The notes: generated by a model not told the origin, from the letters alone. 64,000 bases of DNA from Deltaproteobacteria bacterium (GCA_019308925.1 JAFDHG010000007.1:10169-74168); one strand, 5' to 3'. Counted from the first letter of the stretch, positions 28,678 to 37,884 are shown. Program-made: numbers and translations.

Positions 28678-29412
28678 TTACACCTCTTTACCGATGACCT
28701 CCTCCTTGAGAGGGAATCTACCGCAGCTGAACTTTCCCTCTGGGCAATACCCCAGACGCTCGCACTTCGCACCTCCATTCTCAAATACAGGGGGCAACTC
28801 CTTGCGGCATATCTCCAACATCTTGTTCGCCAATGCCCGTATCTCCCACTGTGCCCGCTGGCAGCACCTCTGGGCAAAGAAATGTAATAATTCCCTGCAG
28901 TTCATGGTGACCACGATCTTGGTTTCCACGGCCTGGGGGAGGACGAATCTCGCATCTTCATAGGCCTTTTCCCCTACGATCCCCTTCTCCTTAAACCCAG
29001 CCACCAGGGTCAGATAACCCCGTTGGATATCGTCCATGAGCCGCAAGAACTCTTTTCGAAGGACCTCATCCTCTGCGATAGAGGGTGGAACAATGTAGTT
29101 AAATCGCTCCATGTCCACATACCTTTGGCTCTGCTGGGAGTAAGAGGCTATCCTGTATCTCACCAGCTGATGGGTCAAGGCCCTGGAGATCCCTTCGATG
29201 GCAAAGGTGAACTTTACATGTTCCAGGGGGCTATCGTGGCCAGAAACCATCATCTCCCTGATAAAGGTGGCCTTGCGCCCCTCGCTTATATCCTCCTCCC
29301 ACATATCCCCTGCCCAGCGGGAAGAGTAACACTGGCGATAGGCCACATAGAGCAAAGAGAGGGGGTCCTCACTCATCTCCAAAAGACTTACCTTTAATCC
29401 TACTAGGGGCAT
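28678..29412 (-). CDS. thyX: Flavin-dependent thymidylate synthase
   Basis: ThyX motif RHRxxSxxxQSxR (THQLVRYRIASYSQQSQRY) and a conserved N-terminus. Confidence 0.9.
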   Translation of the reverse strand: MPLVGLKVSLLEMSEDPLSLLYVAYRQCYSSRWAGDMWEEDISEGRKATFIREMMVSGHDSPLEHVKFTFAIEGISRALTHQLVRYRIASYSQQSQRYVDMERFNYIVPPSIAEDEVLRKEFLRLMDDIQRGYLTLVAGFKEKGIVGEKAYEDARFVLPQAVETKIVVTMNCRELLHFFAQRCCQRAQWEIRALANKMLEICRKELPPVFENGGAKCERLGYCPEGKFSCGRFPLKEEVIGKEV

Positions 29413-29511
29413 CTTTCCCTCCTTTTGAGCACCATTTTAGCCTAATTATGGGGTCCCTGCAAAGGTTTTTAAGGTTGCATACCTATCATAAAATTTGTAT
29501 GCTGGGAAGCA

Positions 29512-30729
29512 ATGAAACGGGTTGTAATTACAGGGATAGGGGTCATCAGCCCCATCGGGATCGGCAGGGAGGAGTTCTGGCAGGGTTGTGTGGAGGGACA
29601 ATCCGGCATCAGACCCATCCAGAGTTTTGAAGTGGGTCACCTCCGCTGCGGGCTGGGCGGACAGGTGGAGGACCCAGATTACAAGAAATATATAAAGGCG
29701 GGCAACCTTCGCCGTATGGACCGCATCAGCAGGATGGCGGTGGCCTCGGTGAAGCTCGCCATGGAAGATGCGGACCTGCTGATAGAGGAGGAAGCCCCTG
29801 AGAGGGTGGGGATCATGATCGGAACCGGGCTGGGTAGTTCTAAAACGGTGGACCTCTTCTTCCGGGACCTGGTGCGGGACGGCCCTAATGAGGTAGCCCC
29901 CCTGCTGTTTCAGACCTCAGTCCCCAACGCCATCTGCAGCCATGCCTCTATCGAGTTTGCGATCAAGGGGATCAATTCCACCTTTTCCCAAAAAGAGGCC
30001 TCAGCTGAGAGCGCCATCGTCCACGCCTTCGAGGCCTTGCGCCGTGGTAAGGCAGAGGTGATCTTCGCCGGTGGAGCAGATGAGATCAGCGAACCCCTTT
30101 ATAATGTATACGCCACTTTGGGGGGTCTCTCCCCCCAAAGGTCTAAGTATCCGGAGGGGATGAGGCCCTTTGATCGCACCAGAAACGGGATCGTACTAGG
30201 AGAGGGAAGCGGCATTATGGTCATGGAGACCCTCGAACATGCACATCGACGTGGCGCCACTATCTATGCAGAGATAGTGGGATATGGGATGACCGGGGGT
30301 AACTACGGTATCTTGAGCTATGACAGTGACGGCCGTTCCATGGCCAGGGCGATCTCGCAGGCAGTGGCAGATCTCCCGCAAGTGGATTACATCTGCGCTG
30401 CTGCCAATTCCACCCAGGCCCTGGATCGAGCTGAAACTAAGGCCATCAGGGAAGTATTTGGAAAAAAGGCAAGGGGGATATCCATCAGTGCCATCAAGTC
30501 GATGACCGGAGAATTTGACGCCTCAGGGGGTATAAGGGGATGTGCCGCGGTTCTGGGCATTAAGGAAGGGGTCGTTCCCCCAACCATCAACTACCGAGAA
30601 CCCGACCCAGAGTGCGACCTGGATTATACGGTCCAGGGGGCCAGGAGGAAAAAGATTGAATCTGCCCTCCTCAACGGCTTTGCCAATGGTGGAGCCAACG
30701 TATCCGTTCTCTTTAAGAGGTTTTCCTAG
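29512..30729 (+). CDS. Beta-ketoacyl-ACP synthase (KAS I/II, thiolase-fold) family protein with a non-canonical active site
   Basis: Collinear with FabF by eye. The catalytic Cys aligns to Glu (SQKEASAES region) and the two His align to Asn and Glu (AAANSTQ; SMTGEFDASGG). Confidence 0.8.
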   Translation: MKRVVITGIGVISPIGIGREEFWQGCVEGQSGIRPIQSFEVGHLRCGLGGQVEDPDYKKYIKAGNLRRMDRISRMAVASVKLAMEDADLLIEEEAPERVGIMIGTGLGSSKTVDLFFRDLVRDGPNEVAPLLFQTSVPNAICSHASIEFAIKGINSTFSQKEASAESAIVHAFEALRRGKAEVIFAGGADEISEPLYNVYATLGGLSPQRSKYPEGMRPFDRTRNGIVLGEGSGIMVMETLEHAHRRGATIYAEIVGYGMTGGNYGILSYDSDGRSMARAISQAVADLPQVDYICAAANSTQALDRAETKAIREVFGKKARGISISAIKSMTGEFDASGGIRGCAAVLGIKEGVVPPTINYREPDPECDLDYTVQGARRKKIESALLNGFANGGANVSVLFKRFS

Positions 30730-30923
30730 AAGTAACCGTCAATCCTGCCCCCCTCCCAAAGGATGCTATATGTAGAGGTGTGATTATCGATGATAAAAGA
30801 GTCGGTGAGATATGGCGCTGTTCAGAATCTATATGTGGGCAATGGAGATTAGGTGGTGTTTTGAAAAATTAGGGTTTCTTCTCCTTTGTTGAGGTAATTG
30901 TTACTCTTTTCCCAGGTTACGTT

Positions 30924-30953
30924 GAGGGTGGAGATGTTGCAATCTCCACCCTC
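30924..30953. terminator. Perfect 12-bp stem-loop (GAGGGTGGAGAT-gttgca-ATCTCCACCCTC) 12 nt past the stop of the hydrolase gene
   Basis: Read directly from the sequence. No U-tract on either strand. Lies between convergent genes. Confidence 0.4.
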
Positions 30954-30965
30954 GATCCATTCCTG

Positions 30966-31910
30966 CTATTCGGAAAGCCAACCATAGATCGTCCGGAACA
31001 CCATATCGTGAGATTTTTCCAAGACCAGCCCATGAGAGGCGTTGCCAATCAGCATATAGGCCTTCTTCTCGACCTTACAGTCTTTGAAGCAATTCATTGC
31101 ATCTTCTAAATCGACAAACACTTCATGTTCGCCATACATGAAAAGCGTAGGACATTTAAGCATTGGTACATATTTTGCGTGGGGACAATATTGGGCGTCT
31201 ATGAAAGGACCAGTAGGTATTTTGGGAGTTCGCTTCTGGACAATTTCAACAAATTTATTCAGAACTTTTTCATCATATTTATACCAAATACCTTTGGCTG
31301 ACACAGGATTTGAGGGAACGAAATTTTTCCCTGTTTCGGCCATATGACTCAACTTGGCAACCCCCTTTTTCACCTTCTTATTAACCGTTTTGTAGGGCAA
31401 CCCCATTAATACCATACGTTCTACTTCTTCTGGATACTTTGCAGCAAGTGCTAGTGAAATCACCGTTCCGAAAGAGAGGCCAACCACATCAACCTTGTCA
31501 ACGTTTTCTTTGGACTCAATAAAATCAGCAACTGCTTTCATATCCTCTGAACAGTTCTCTGCGACGACGTCTGGTCCTTTTGTTTTTGTGCTCTTGCCGT
31601 AACTCCTATGGTCTACTGCATAGACGGCAAAGCCCTTCTTGACGAGGTAGTCCATTAAATTATAGCCTTCGACAGGCAGGTTATACAGTGTGGCCCCACT
31701 CTTGACCCACGGAACCATGAGCACTACGTTTGAGGGAACGCCCTTGGCTGCCTTTTTCCCTACTACATAGATATCCAACCCCTGCGGTGTCTTGACCATG
31801 TATTCCTTCTGGACAATGCTGATCTCTTTTGCTGGACGAAGGGCAGCACAGCCTGAGAGATAGACAAAGGCCACCATTAACACAATAAAATACGTAATGA
31901 ACCTCTTCAT
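30966..31910 (-). CDS. Alpha/beta-hydrolase-fold lipoprotein
   Basis: Lipoprotein signal (lipobox LSGC), nucleophile elbow GLSFG, and a low-GC gene body. Confidence 0.75.
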   Translation of the reverse strand: MKRFITYFIVLMVAFVYLSGCAALRPAKEISIVQKEYMVKTPQGLDIYVVGKKAAKGVPSNVVLMVPWVKSGATLYNLPVEGYNLMDYLVKKGFAVYAVDHRSYGKSTKTKGPDVVAENCSEDMKAVADFIESKENVDKVDVVGLSFGTVISLALAAKYPEEVERMVLMGLPYKTVNKKVKKGVAKLSHMAETGKNFVPSNPVSAKGIWYKYDEKVLNKFVEIVQKRTPKIPTGPFIDAQYCPHAKYVPMLKCPTLFMYGEHEVFVDLEDAMNCFKDCKVEKKAYMLIGNASHGLVLEKSHDMVFRTIYGWLSE

Positions 31911-32080
31911 TTTCCCCCTCCTTATCTGTTGCCGCGTTTTTAAACTAGCCCCCTCACCATGGCGACAAACAATAAAATTAACTCTGCCATTATCACCTCC
32001 CTTCTACTATGTCCTTAAAACAAATCTCCTTACATCTTAAAGATTCTCTTGATAGCTATCACCTCCTCTTCAACGGCTTG

Positions 32081-32123
32081 AAACAAAAAAGGGTTGGAGA
32101 TGACAATTTTGTTACTCCAACCC
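32081..32123 (-). terminator. Rho-independent terminator downstream of the Tat-MBL gene (GGGTTGGAG-loop-CTCCAACCC followed by a U-run on the minus strand)
   Basis: 9-bp stem with an A-run at 32081-32090 on the plus strand (a T-run on the minus strand). A further hairpin at 32231-32268 sits right after the stop. Confidence 0.5.
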
Positions 32124-32274
32124 TTGCACGTAGATTTTAGACACAGGCTTTGCTGAAAAACAGGCGCAAGATTCACCCCTGCAGTAAGCTCAAATGCCCC
32201 AACAAAAACTGTGTTGTGAACCTCTGTTGCAGACGGGTTGGAACGTCTCGAAGCGTCCCAGCCCGTCTCAGTCC

Positions 32275-33444
32275 TTACCCAGCCTTAAACTCAATGGTGT
32301 CGCCGTTGCCGAGGTAGGCCGTATCCTTAGAACGGTACCGGGCCGTACCCCTCACCACCGGGTATCCAGCATCGATAAACTTCTTGGCCGTAACGATCCC
32401 GGTGCAGTGATTACATCCCACCTTCTCAAAGCCGTATTTCCCCAATGAGATGACCAGGTCGTCATATTTTGGATCCCAGTCCTCAAACGGTGAGATGTGC
32501 AGACCGCCATAGACACCGTGGAGCTTCTCATACTTGATCTCCCGATACGCGGTCTCGGCGAATTGGATGATGCTCTGGTGGCAACATCCGGTCACAGAAA
32601 CCAACCCAGCATCTTTGACATTGAAGTACAGGGATAGCTCACCATAGACACGACAGATGATCGGTATGGCGAACACATACATCGCAACACCAGGCATGAA
32701 GGGGTGCAATCCGGCCTTGAGGTAATTAACCTTGCCCCGGTGTCCGCTGTCCTTGACGTACTGGCGCCCTTCCGGGTAGAACCCATCAGCACAATACATC
32801 GTTATTGTCGGATCGTATTTCATGGTTACTGGCAGGCCCCAGAAGTGGTCAAAGTGCTCATGGGAGATGAACAGACACTCAATCTCCCTATTCGCCAGCA
32901 TCCTATCGATACCTTCCCGCTTAAAACACTCCTCGGTCCATGCATACGACCATCCAGAATCCAGGAGTAGCTTTTTACGGCTCCCATCAAGGAATTCCAC
33001 ATCGATCAGGCAAGCATACCCGCCTGCATTCTCCGGATGCACCGCATTCTCCATCTGAAATTCCCAGGCCTTCTCCAGCTTATCAGGAAGATACTGCTTG
33101 ATCTCTTTCATCCCCTTTTCGTAGGAACCCTTGCCAAGCTTGCCATTTTTCTCAGCAAAGGGGGGCCAATTATAGGTATACTGGTTGACGAGCAGACCAC
33201 CTGCGCCCTTGATATCACCCATCAGGTTATCGTTATCGAACCAGCTCGTTTCGCTAATATTGGTGATCTTGATGCTCTTGCATTCTCCAATATCAGCGGT
33301 TCCCCTCTTTACAGCGGGAAAGTGGCGCTTGCGCCATGGAGAATAGGAGTAGACACCCATCGCTCCGATGGCCCCTACCGCACCTCCGGCGGCCAAGCCT
33401 TTGATAAAATCCCGCCGACTAACGCCTTCTTGCTTTTTTGCCAT
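32275..33444 (-). CDS. Tat-exported metallo-beta-lactamase (MBL)-fold hydrolase
   Basis: The start at 33444 has a GAAGGAGGTG RBS. Twin-arginine signal SRRDFIKGLAAGGAVGAIGAMG. MBL motif HEHFDHF (HxHxDH) plus downstream His/Asp ligands. Confidence 0.8.
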   Translation of the reverse strand: MAKKQEGVSRRDFIKGLAAGGAVGAIGAMGVYSYSPWRKRHFPAVKRGTADIGECKSIKITNISETSWFDNDNLMGDIKGAGGLLVNQYTYNWPPFAEKNGKLGKGSYEKGMKEIKQYLPDKLEKAWEFQMENAVHPENAGGYACLIDVEFLDGSRKKLLLDSGWSYAWTEECFKREGIDRMLANREIECLFISHEHFDHFWGLPVTMKYDPTITMYCADGFYPEGRQYVKDSGHRGKVNYLKAGLHPFMPGVAMYVFAIPIICRVYGELSLYFNVKDAGLVSVTGCCHQSIIQFAETAYREIKYEKLHGVYGGLHISPFEDWDPKYDDLVISLGKYGFEKVGCNHCTGIVTAKKFIDAGYPVVRGTARYRSKDTAYLGNGDTIEFKAG

Positions 33445-33517
33445 CGTCTTCACCTCCTTCACTGTCCCATCACTAGGGGCAAAAACCCCTGCGCAGGACA
33501 GCAAGTTTTAGATTTTT

Positions 33518-33625
33518 CTAGGTGTAAAGCCATGTTAGCTTTCCCAAGACCGGGAGCAGCCATACGGTGACGAAATAAATTACCACTCCCAAGACTATCC
33601 CTATGACAAACCCTGCTTTAAACAT
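33518..33625 (-). CDS. 35-aa single-transmembrane peptide (MFKAGFVIGIVLGVVIYFVTVWLLPVLGKLTWLYT); not in the ORF track
   Basis: Manual translation. A strong GGAGGAGG RBS lies 7 nt upstream of the ATG. It sits exactly between the membrane protein and the MBL gene. Confidence 0.45.
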   Translation of the reverse strand: MFKAGFVIGIVLGVVIYFVTVWLLPVLGKLTWLYT

Positions 33626-33649
33626 CTTCTATCCTCCTCCTCAAAGGTT

Positions 33650-34903
33650 TTATTTTTTTACCTTTTTCCATCCTGGCCAGTTGTCCATGAACCAGTGATT
33701 AATCAGCATCAAGTTGATCAACCAGATAGTCGGGATCATAGGAAACTGCTGCGGATGGGAGTAGCCCTTCTGAGTCCCCAGGGTCAGGTGGCTGATATTG
33801 TAGTAGATCCAGTACACTGCCATCCCGCCGAAGATGGCGACGAGGGTACGGATCACCCAGTTGACAGGCGTGCTGAATCTATTGGGCCAGTTACCACAGT
33901 AGAAGGTAAGAAACAGGGCCGGGAGCAAGAAGAAGACCATGGTCTCTCCTACATGCAGCCAGCGCCAATCAGGGGCAAAGAGCCTGCGTGTGCCGCGGAT
34001 GGCCTCACCCCACCACAATTCCTGGGCAAAGTAGAGGAAGAAAAAGAAGCAGAAGGCAACAGCGATGATCCCAAAGAAGGAAGAAAACCCTCGCAGGACA
34101 GGCCTCTTAATAAGTCTGTAGGGGTAGCGCTCCCAGATAGTTTCTGTCAACCACACCGATATGGTACAGCACATAATCCAGGCCACATGGAAGTTTCCAC
34201 TTACCGTATTGGCAAATTTCTCCCAATAGGGCGGGCATATGGCGCAAAAATACTGCCAAGGATAGGAAAGGATGCCCATATGCGAATGCATGGTGCATAA
34301 GTAGATGATGGTGCACAGGAAGAAGGTGAAGATGAGCACGGTAACCCCCTTGGCAGGTTGCCTAAGGTCTTGCCAAGGCCACATATTGCTGAACGATACC
34401 GGCCAGGCAGGGCTCAACCAGGAAGCGAGGGCCGCAAACATCAGACAGGCCAATGCCGCATACTCGATGGCAAAGAAGTCCGTGATTCCGGGTATCTTAG
34501 TGGACTGGGCCGGATTGAAATAGGCCATGGCAAAGTTCCCCAAGATCCCTTCAAAGAATCCTTTTATCAATACCATCAATATCACGAACATTAGGGCCGT
34601 CATCACAATCCCCTTCAACACCGGGTTCCAGTTCTCAATCTGCCGACGCCTGAAGGGCCAGTAGTGCATGATGTAGACCTGCCAGATCAGAACGATAAGT
34701 ATCCACCTGGTGTACATGTAGCCAACATAAGGGGTATACATCCTGAGCCAACCTCTGGGGTCCTGGAAGATCCACCAAGTAATATAGAACACCACTAACA
34801 AGAAAACGGTATTTGCAATCTGCGGCCATGGTGCTGGCCACCTGGGAACCAATTTCCGCTCCTCCAGATAATCCTCTCCAAATATCTCTTTTGCCTTAGC
34901 CAT
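33650..34903 (-). CDS. Trp/Tyr-rich polytopic integral membrane protein (about 10-12 transmembrane segments), family not recognised
   Basis: 417 aa, strongly hydrophobic with many aromatic residues. Co-directional with and upstream of the peptide and MBL genes. Confidence 0.7.
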   Translation of the reverse strand: MAKAKEIFGEDYLEERKLVPRWPAPWPQIANTVFLLVVFYITWWIFQDPRGWLRMYTPYVGYMYTRWILIVLIWQVYIMHYWPFRRRQIENWNPVLKGIVMTALMFVILMVLIKGFFEGILGNFAMAYFNPAQSTKIPGITDFFAIEYAALACLMFAALASWLSPAWPVSFSNMWPWQDLRQPAKGVTVLIFTFFLCTIIYLCTMHSHMGILSYPWQYFCAICPPYWEKFANTVSGNFHVAWIMCCTISVWLTETIWERYPYRLIKRPVLRGFSSFFGIIAVAFCFFFFLYFAQELWWGEAIRGTRRLFAPDWRWLHVGETMVFFLLPALFLTFYCGNWPNRFSTPVNWVIRTLVAIFGGMAVYWIYYNISHLTLGTQKGYSHPQQFPMIPTIWLINLMLINHWFMDNWPGWKKVKK

Positions 34904-34971
34904 ATTGCACCCTCCTTAATTTGAGATACATACTAACATTTAAAAACCCCCTCATTGGGAACTAACTAGTC

Positions 34972-35268
34972 TCACCTCCTTTCCCTTGATCTTTTCTTCA
35001 CCCGTTGCTCGGGTTTAAAGACCTCCCTGGCGATCTCCAGCTTGCTCTTGCCCTCAACCTCAATCCCCATCTTCATCGCCTCCTCTATGAGGAGCTCACC
35101 AGACTCGGAGAGCAGCGGATAACAACTTTCAAAGGACTTAAAGTAATCATCCTCTTCTTTCAGAGAATCTCCCTCTTTATACGAATCCATCATTTCGTTG
35201 AGAAACCGAGCAGCCTTGGAAAAAACATCTCTGGTTAGAAAATCTCTTCTGCTCTTATCAATGGCCAT
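34972..35268 (-). CDS. Hypothetical 98-aa acidic protein beginning with an SRRDFL motif but with no hydrophobic h-region
   Basis: Clean ORF between the regulator and the membrane-protein gene. Not recognisable as a signal peptide. Confidence 0.5.
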   Translation of the reverse strand: MAIDKSRRDFLTRDVFSKAARFLNEMMDSYKEGDSLKEEDDYFKSFESCYPLLSESGELLIEEAMKMGIEVEGKSKLEIAREVFKPEQRVKKRSRERR

Positions 35269-35332
35269 CCATATTCTCCACAGGACTTACACTGTTCTGT
35301 CTCCACATAAACAAACTTCATCTACCTCACGA

Positions 35333-35782
35333 TCAAGCGGCCAACAATCGCTTCCTGTTAAACCGGAAATAATCGCACTCTTCGCATGGAACTGTACAAT
35401 TAATTTTCTGATGCCCCACCTCCTCCCTGAGGGCATAACAGTTTAGGGCCTTAGTTTTGTATACGAGACACTGCTCACAACTTAGGCCAGGGCGGACGTG
35501 AGTATCTATTGTTGTGCCATAGAATTCCCAGCAAAATGCTGTGGTCTCGTCGGTATGGTCGTAGACGCTTAAGTCCACACCTGTTTCTTGCGGGTCTGGA
35601 AATGGAATTCTATTTTTCCTTAAGAATGCGACCAGATCTTTGGGTAAAATTCGCCAATGGCCCGTTTTACCAATCCTATACCCCTTAAGTTTATCCTGTT
35701 GGAGCCATCGTTTTACTGTCTCCCGTGAATGGTGACATAATTTGGCCACTGCACCTGTTGTAAAGCTCTTCTTTATCCCCAT
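35333..35782 (-). CDS. HTH regulator (excisionase/MerR-like HTH_17 N-terminus) with a seven-Cys C-terminal domain
   Basis: N-terminus TTGAVAKLCHHSRETVKRWLQQDKLKGYRIGKTGHWRI. C-terminal CxxC and CxxxCxxC-type spacing suggests metal or Fe-S binding. Confidence 0.7.
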   Translation of the reverse strand: MGIKKSFTTGAVAKLCHHSRETVKRWLQQDKLKGYRIGKTGHWRILPKDLVAFLRKNRIPFPDPQETGVDLSVYDHTDETTAFCWEFYGTTIDTHVRPGLSCEQCLVYKTKALNCYALREEVGHQKINCTVPCEECDYFRFNRKRLLAA

Positions 35783-35888
35783 AACTGTTATCTGTTCGTT
35801 TTGTGTGTTTTGGACAACCTATTTCATCTGTTTTTCTTTGTCAAGCACTTTTTGAAAAAAATATAGCAGTGATTACCCCTCGCCTTGT

Positions 35889-35917
35889 TTGCTATACCTA
35901 AGCGGTTATGATATAAT
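35889..35917 (+). promoter_or_regulatory. Sigma70-like promoter (TTGCTA-17-TATAAT) for the COG0523-fusion gene
   Basis: It is followed by an AAGGAGA RBS 10 nt upstream of the GTG start at 35941. Confidence 0.45.
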
Positions 35918-35940
35918 ATGTTTAAGGAGAATGATCTGTC

Positions 35941-37884
35941 GTGGCAACGCTTAAAGATCTACAGCCTTCGGGGATCGTAACCCAACCTGATTTGGGATTT
36001 CCGGATCTAATTGAAAATTTTTTTATCAGACTCTTCTATGAACCCCGCATCAAGGAACTGATCGGCTGGATCGGTATTGCCTATAGTGAGACCTCCTCAA
36101 GAGGCTGGACCATCAGGGTAAAGGGGCAGAAGGGCATCTACGGCCTCCAGTACGGGGGATGTGAGAAGGAAGATCCCACCTGGAATCACGGGATCTTCTA
36201 TATCCAATACTTTCCTGCTGCGGATGAGGATATCTTAGATTGTTTCTCCATACACGAAAATATCCTCCGTCAAGACCCATCATTCGAAGGCTTACTCCGT
36301 GAGAGACCACCAGGGATTGATCCTCTCGATGCTCAATTCATCGTGGGAAGGTTGATTCTGTCTATCGACGCTGAGGAGAACAACCTCTTTCTTTCTCTTT
36401 GGGCGCCTGAAAAATGGCGCGAGATCCTCAAAGATGGGCTCAGTTTGCCTCAAGATGATGGTACTATGGTTGAGGCTATTCCCGCCGGGGGGATGGACCG
36501 CGATGTCCCAGCCTATACTCTATCGTGGCCCTTTTTTGACAAAATCGTTCTTACTGCTGCGTACCACCTCAAGCAGCCTCCAGTCTTTGTGACCTTAAAG
36601 GGGCGTCCAGCCCAGGTCTTCGAGATCACTGGCGAAAATCAATACACAATTAAACACAACCCGGATATCGAAGAACGGTGTCTCTCCGTTGGGTTCGGCC
36701 CTGAACTGGGAGAGGGAACAGATGATCCTCGACTCGACTTGGTGAAGAGCTTCTTCCCCGCAGAGGCCTCTTCTCCCTCTCCCCCTCCCTCAAGAGTGAT
36801 CTGGTCTATAACATCACAACAGCCAGATCCCGCAAAGGGGAACCCTCTCTGGTGGGAAGCCCCCTCTTGGGAGGAAACGCTTAAACTGAAGGGGGTCAAG
36901 GCCTTAGGATTAGACTACCGACCCCCTCTATTGTTTATTACTGGCTTTTTGGGGAGCGGCAAGACCACACTGCTCAACCAGGTTGTCGAACATTACTCCG
37001 GGATGCGCAACGAATTCGTAGCCATAATCCAAAACGAGGTGGGGCAAATTAACGTGGACGGCGAATCCACAGATGGAGCAATCGCTGTTACTGAATTAGA
37101 GGAGGGTTGTGTCTGCTGCACCCTTCTCGGGGAGTTTCGAAGGGCCATCCGCAAGATCTGTATCGAGTATGAACCAGACTTGATCATTGTGGAGACAACC
37201 GGAGTTGCCGATCCCCACAATATCCTGGCGGAACTGCCTCAACTCAAGCCCTTTGTGCGCTTTGACTCTATGGTCACAGTCGTGGATGGGGCCAACCTTG
37301 AACGGATACTAAAGGAATACCCTGTGGCTACAGCACAGATTGAGGCCTCAGACTTAGTCCTTTTGAATAAATGCGACCTGATGGACGATCAAACCCTTGC
37401 CTGGGCACAGCCGACGCTTGAGAGGATCAATCCACGGGCGACCATTGTTCATACTGTCAATGCCCAAATTCCTCCAGGGCTTTTGCTCTGCACCCAAGAC
37501 GACATTGATACACCTCATCCAGGACAGCCTTCGGATAGGAAAAAAATGCCCCTGTCTGAGCGTCATTTGGCCGAACGCCCCAGTTTGGCCCTTGACTCAC
37601 AAAACATCGAGACCGTCACCGTAGTGCTGGAAGGTCGCTTTAAGGAAGTCAAATTAATTCAGCTATTGGATAATCTGTCTGACTCTGTCTATCGATTGAA
37701 AGGATTTGTTAATATAGAGGGTTTGGAAAAAACCCAATTGCTACAATATGTTGCCGGCCGCTATGAATTTGAAACCCCGCCCAAACCCCATCCCGGGCCC
37801 AATACACTGGTTTTCATCGGTCGCCATCTCAACGAAGAGGCCCTTAAAGCCAGCTTGAAGTACTGCTTAGCAGAGGAGGGCTAA
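35941..37884 (+). CDS. COG0523 (CobW/ZigA/YciC-type G3E) GTPase with a ~300-aa N-terminal extension of unknown function
   Basis: The C-terminal half has a P-loop (GFLGSGKTTLLN), the metal-binding CVCC motif (EEGCVCCTL), a switch region (VETTGVADP), NKCD (LLNKCDL) and a CobW_C-like tail. The N-terminal 300 aa match nothing recognised. Confidence 0.8.
   Translation: MATLKDLQPSGIVTQPDLGFPDLIENFFIRLFYEPRIKELIGWIGIAYSETSSRGWTIRVKGQKGIYGLQYGGCEKEDPTWNHGIFYIQYFPAADEDILDCFSIHENILRQDPSFEGLLRERPPGIDPLDAQFIVGRLILSIDAEENNLFLSLWAPEKWREILKDGLSLPQDDGTMVEAIPAGGMDRDVPAYTLSWPFFDKIVLTAAYHLKQPPVFVTLKGRPAQVFEITGENQYTIKHNPDIEERCLSVGFGPELGEGTDDPRLDLVKSFFPAEASSPSPPPSRVIWSITSQQPDPAKGNPLWWEAPSWEETLKLKGVKALGLDYRPPLLFITGFLGSGKTTLLNQVVEHYSGMRNEFVAIIQNEVGQINVDGESTDGAIAVTELEEGCVCCTLLGEFRRAIRKICIEYEPDLIIVETTGVADPHNILAELPQLKPFVRFDSMVTVVDGANLERILKEYPVATAQIEASDLVLLNKCDLMDDQTLAWAQPTLERINPRATIVHTVNAQIPPGLLLCTQDDIDTPHPGQPSDRKKMPLSERHLAERPSLALDSQNIETVTVVLEGRFKEVKLIQLLDNLSDSVYRLKGFVNIEGLEKTQLLQYVAGRYEFETPPKPHPGPNTLVFIGRHLNEEALKASLKYCLAEEG

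Noticed and set aside
34972-35268. SRRDFL motif at the N-terminus of the 98-aa protein, read as a Tat signal
   Set aside because: No hydrophobic h-region follows the twin arginine. The protein is acidic and helical, so it is probably cytoplasmic.
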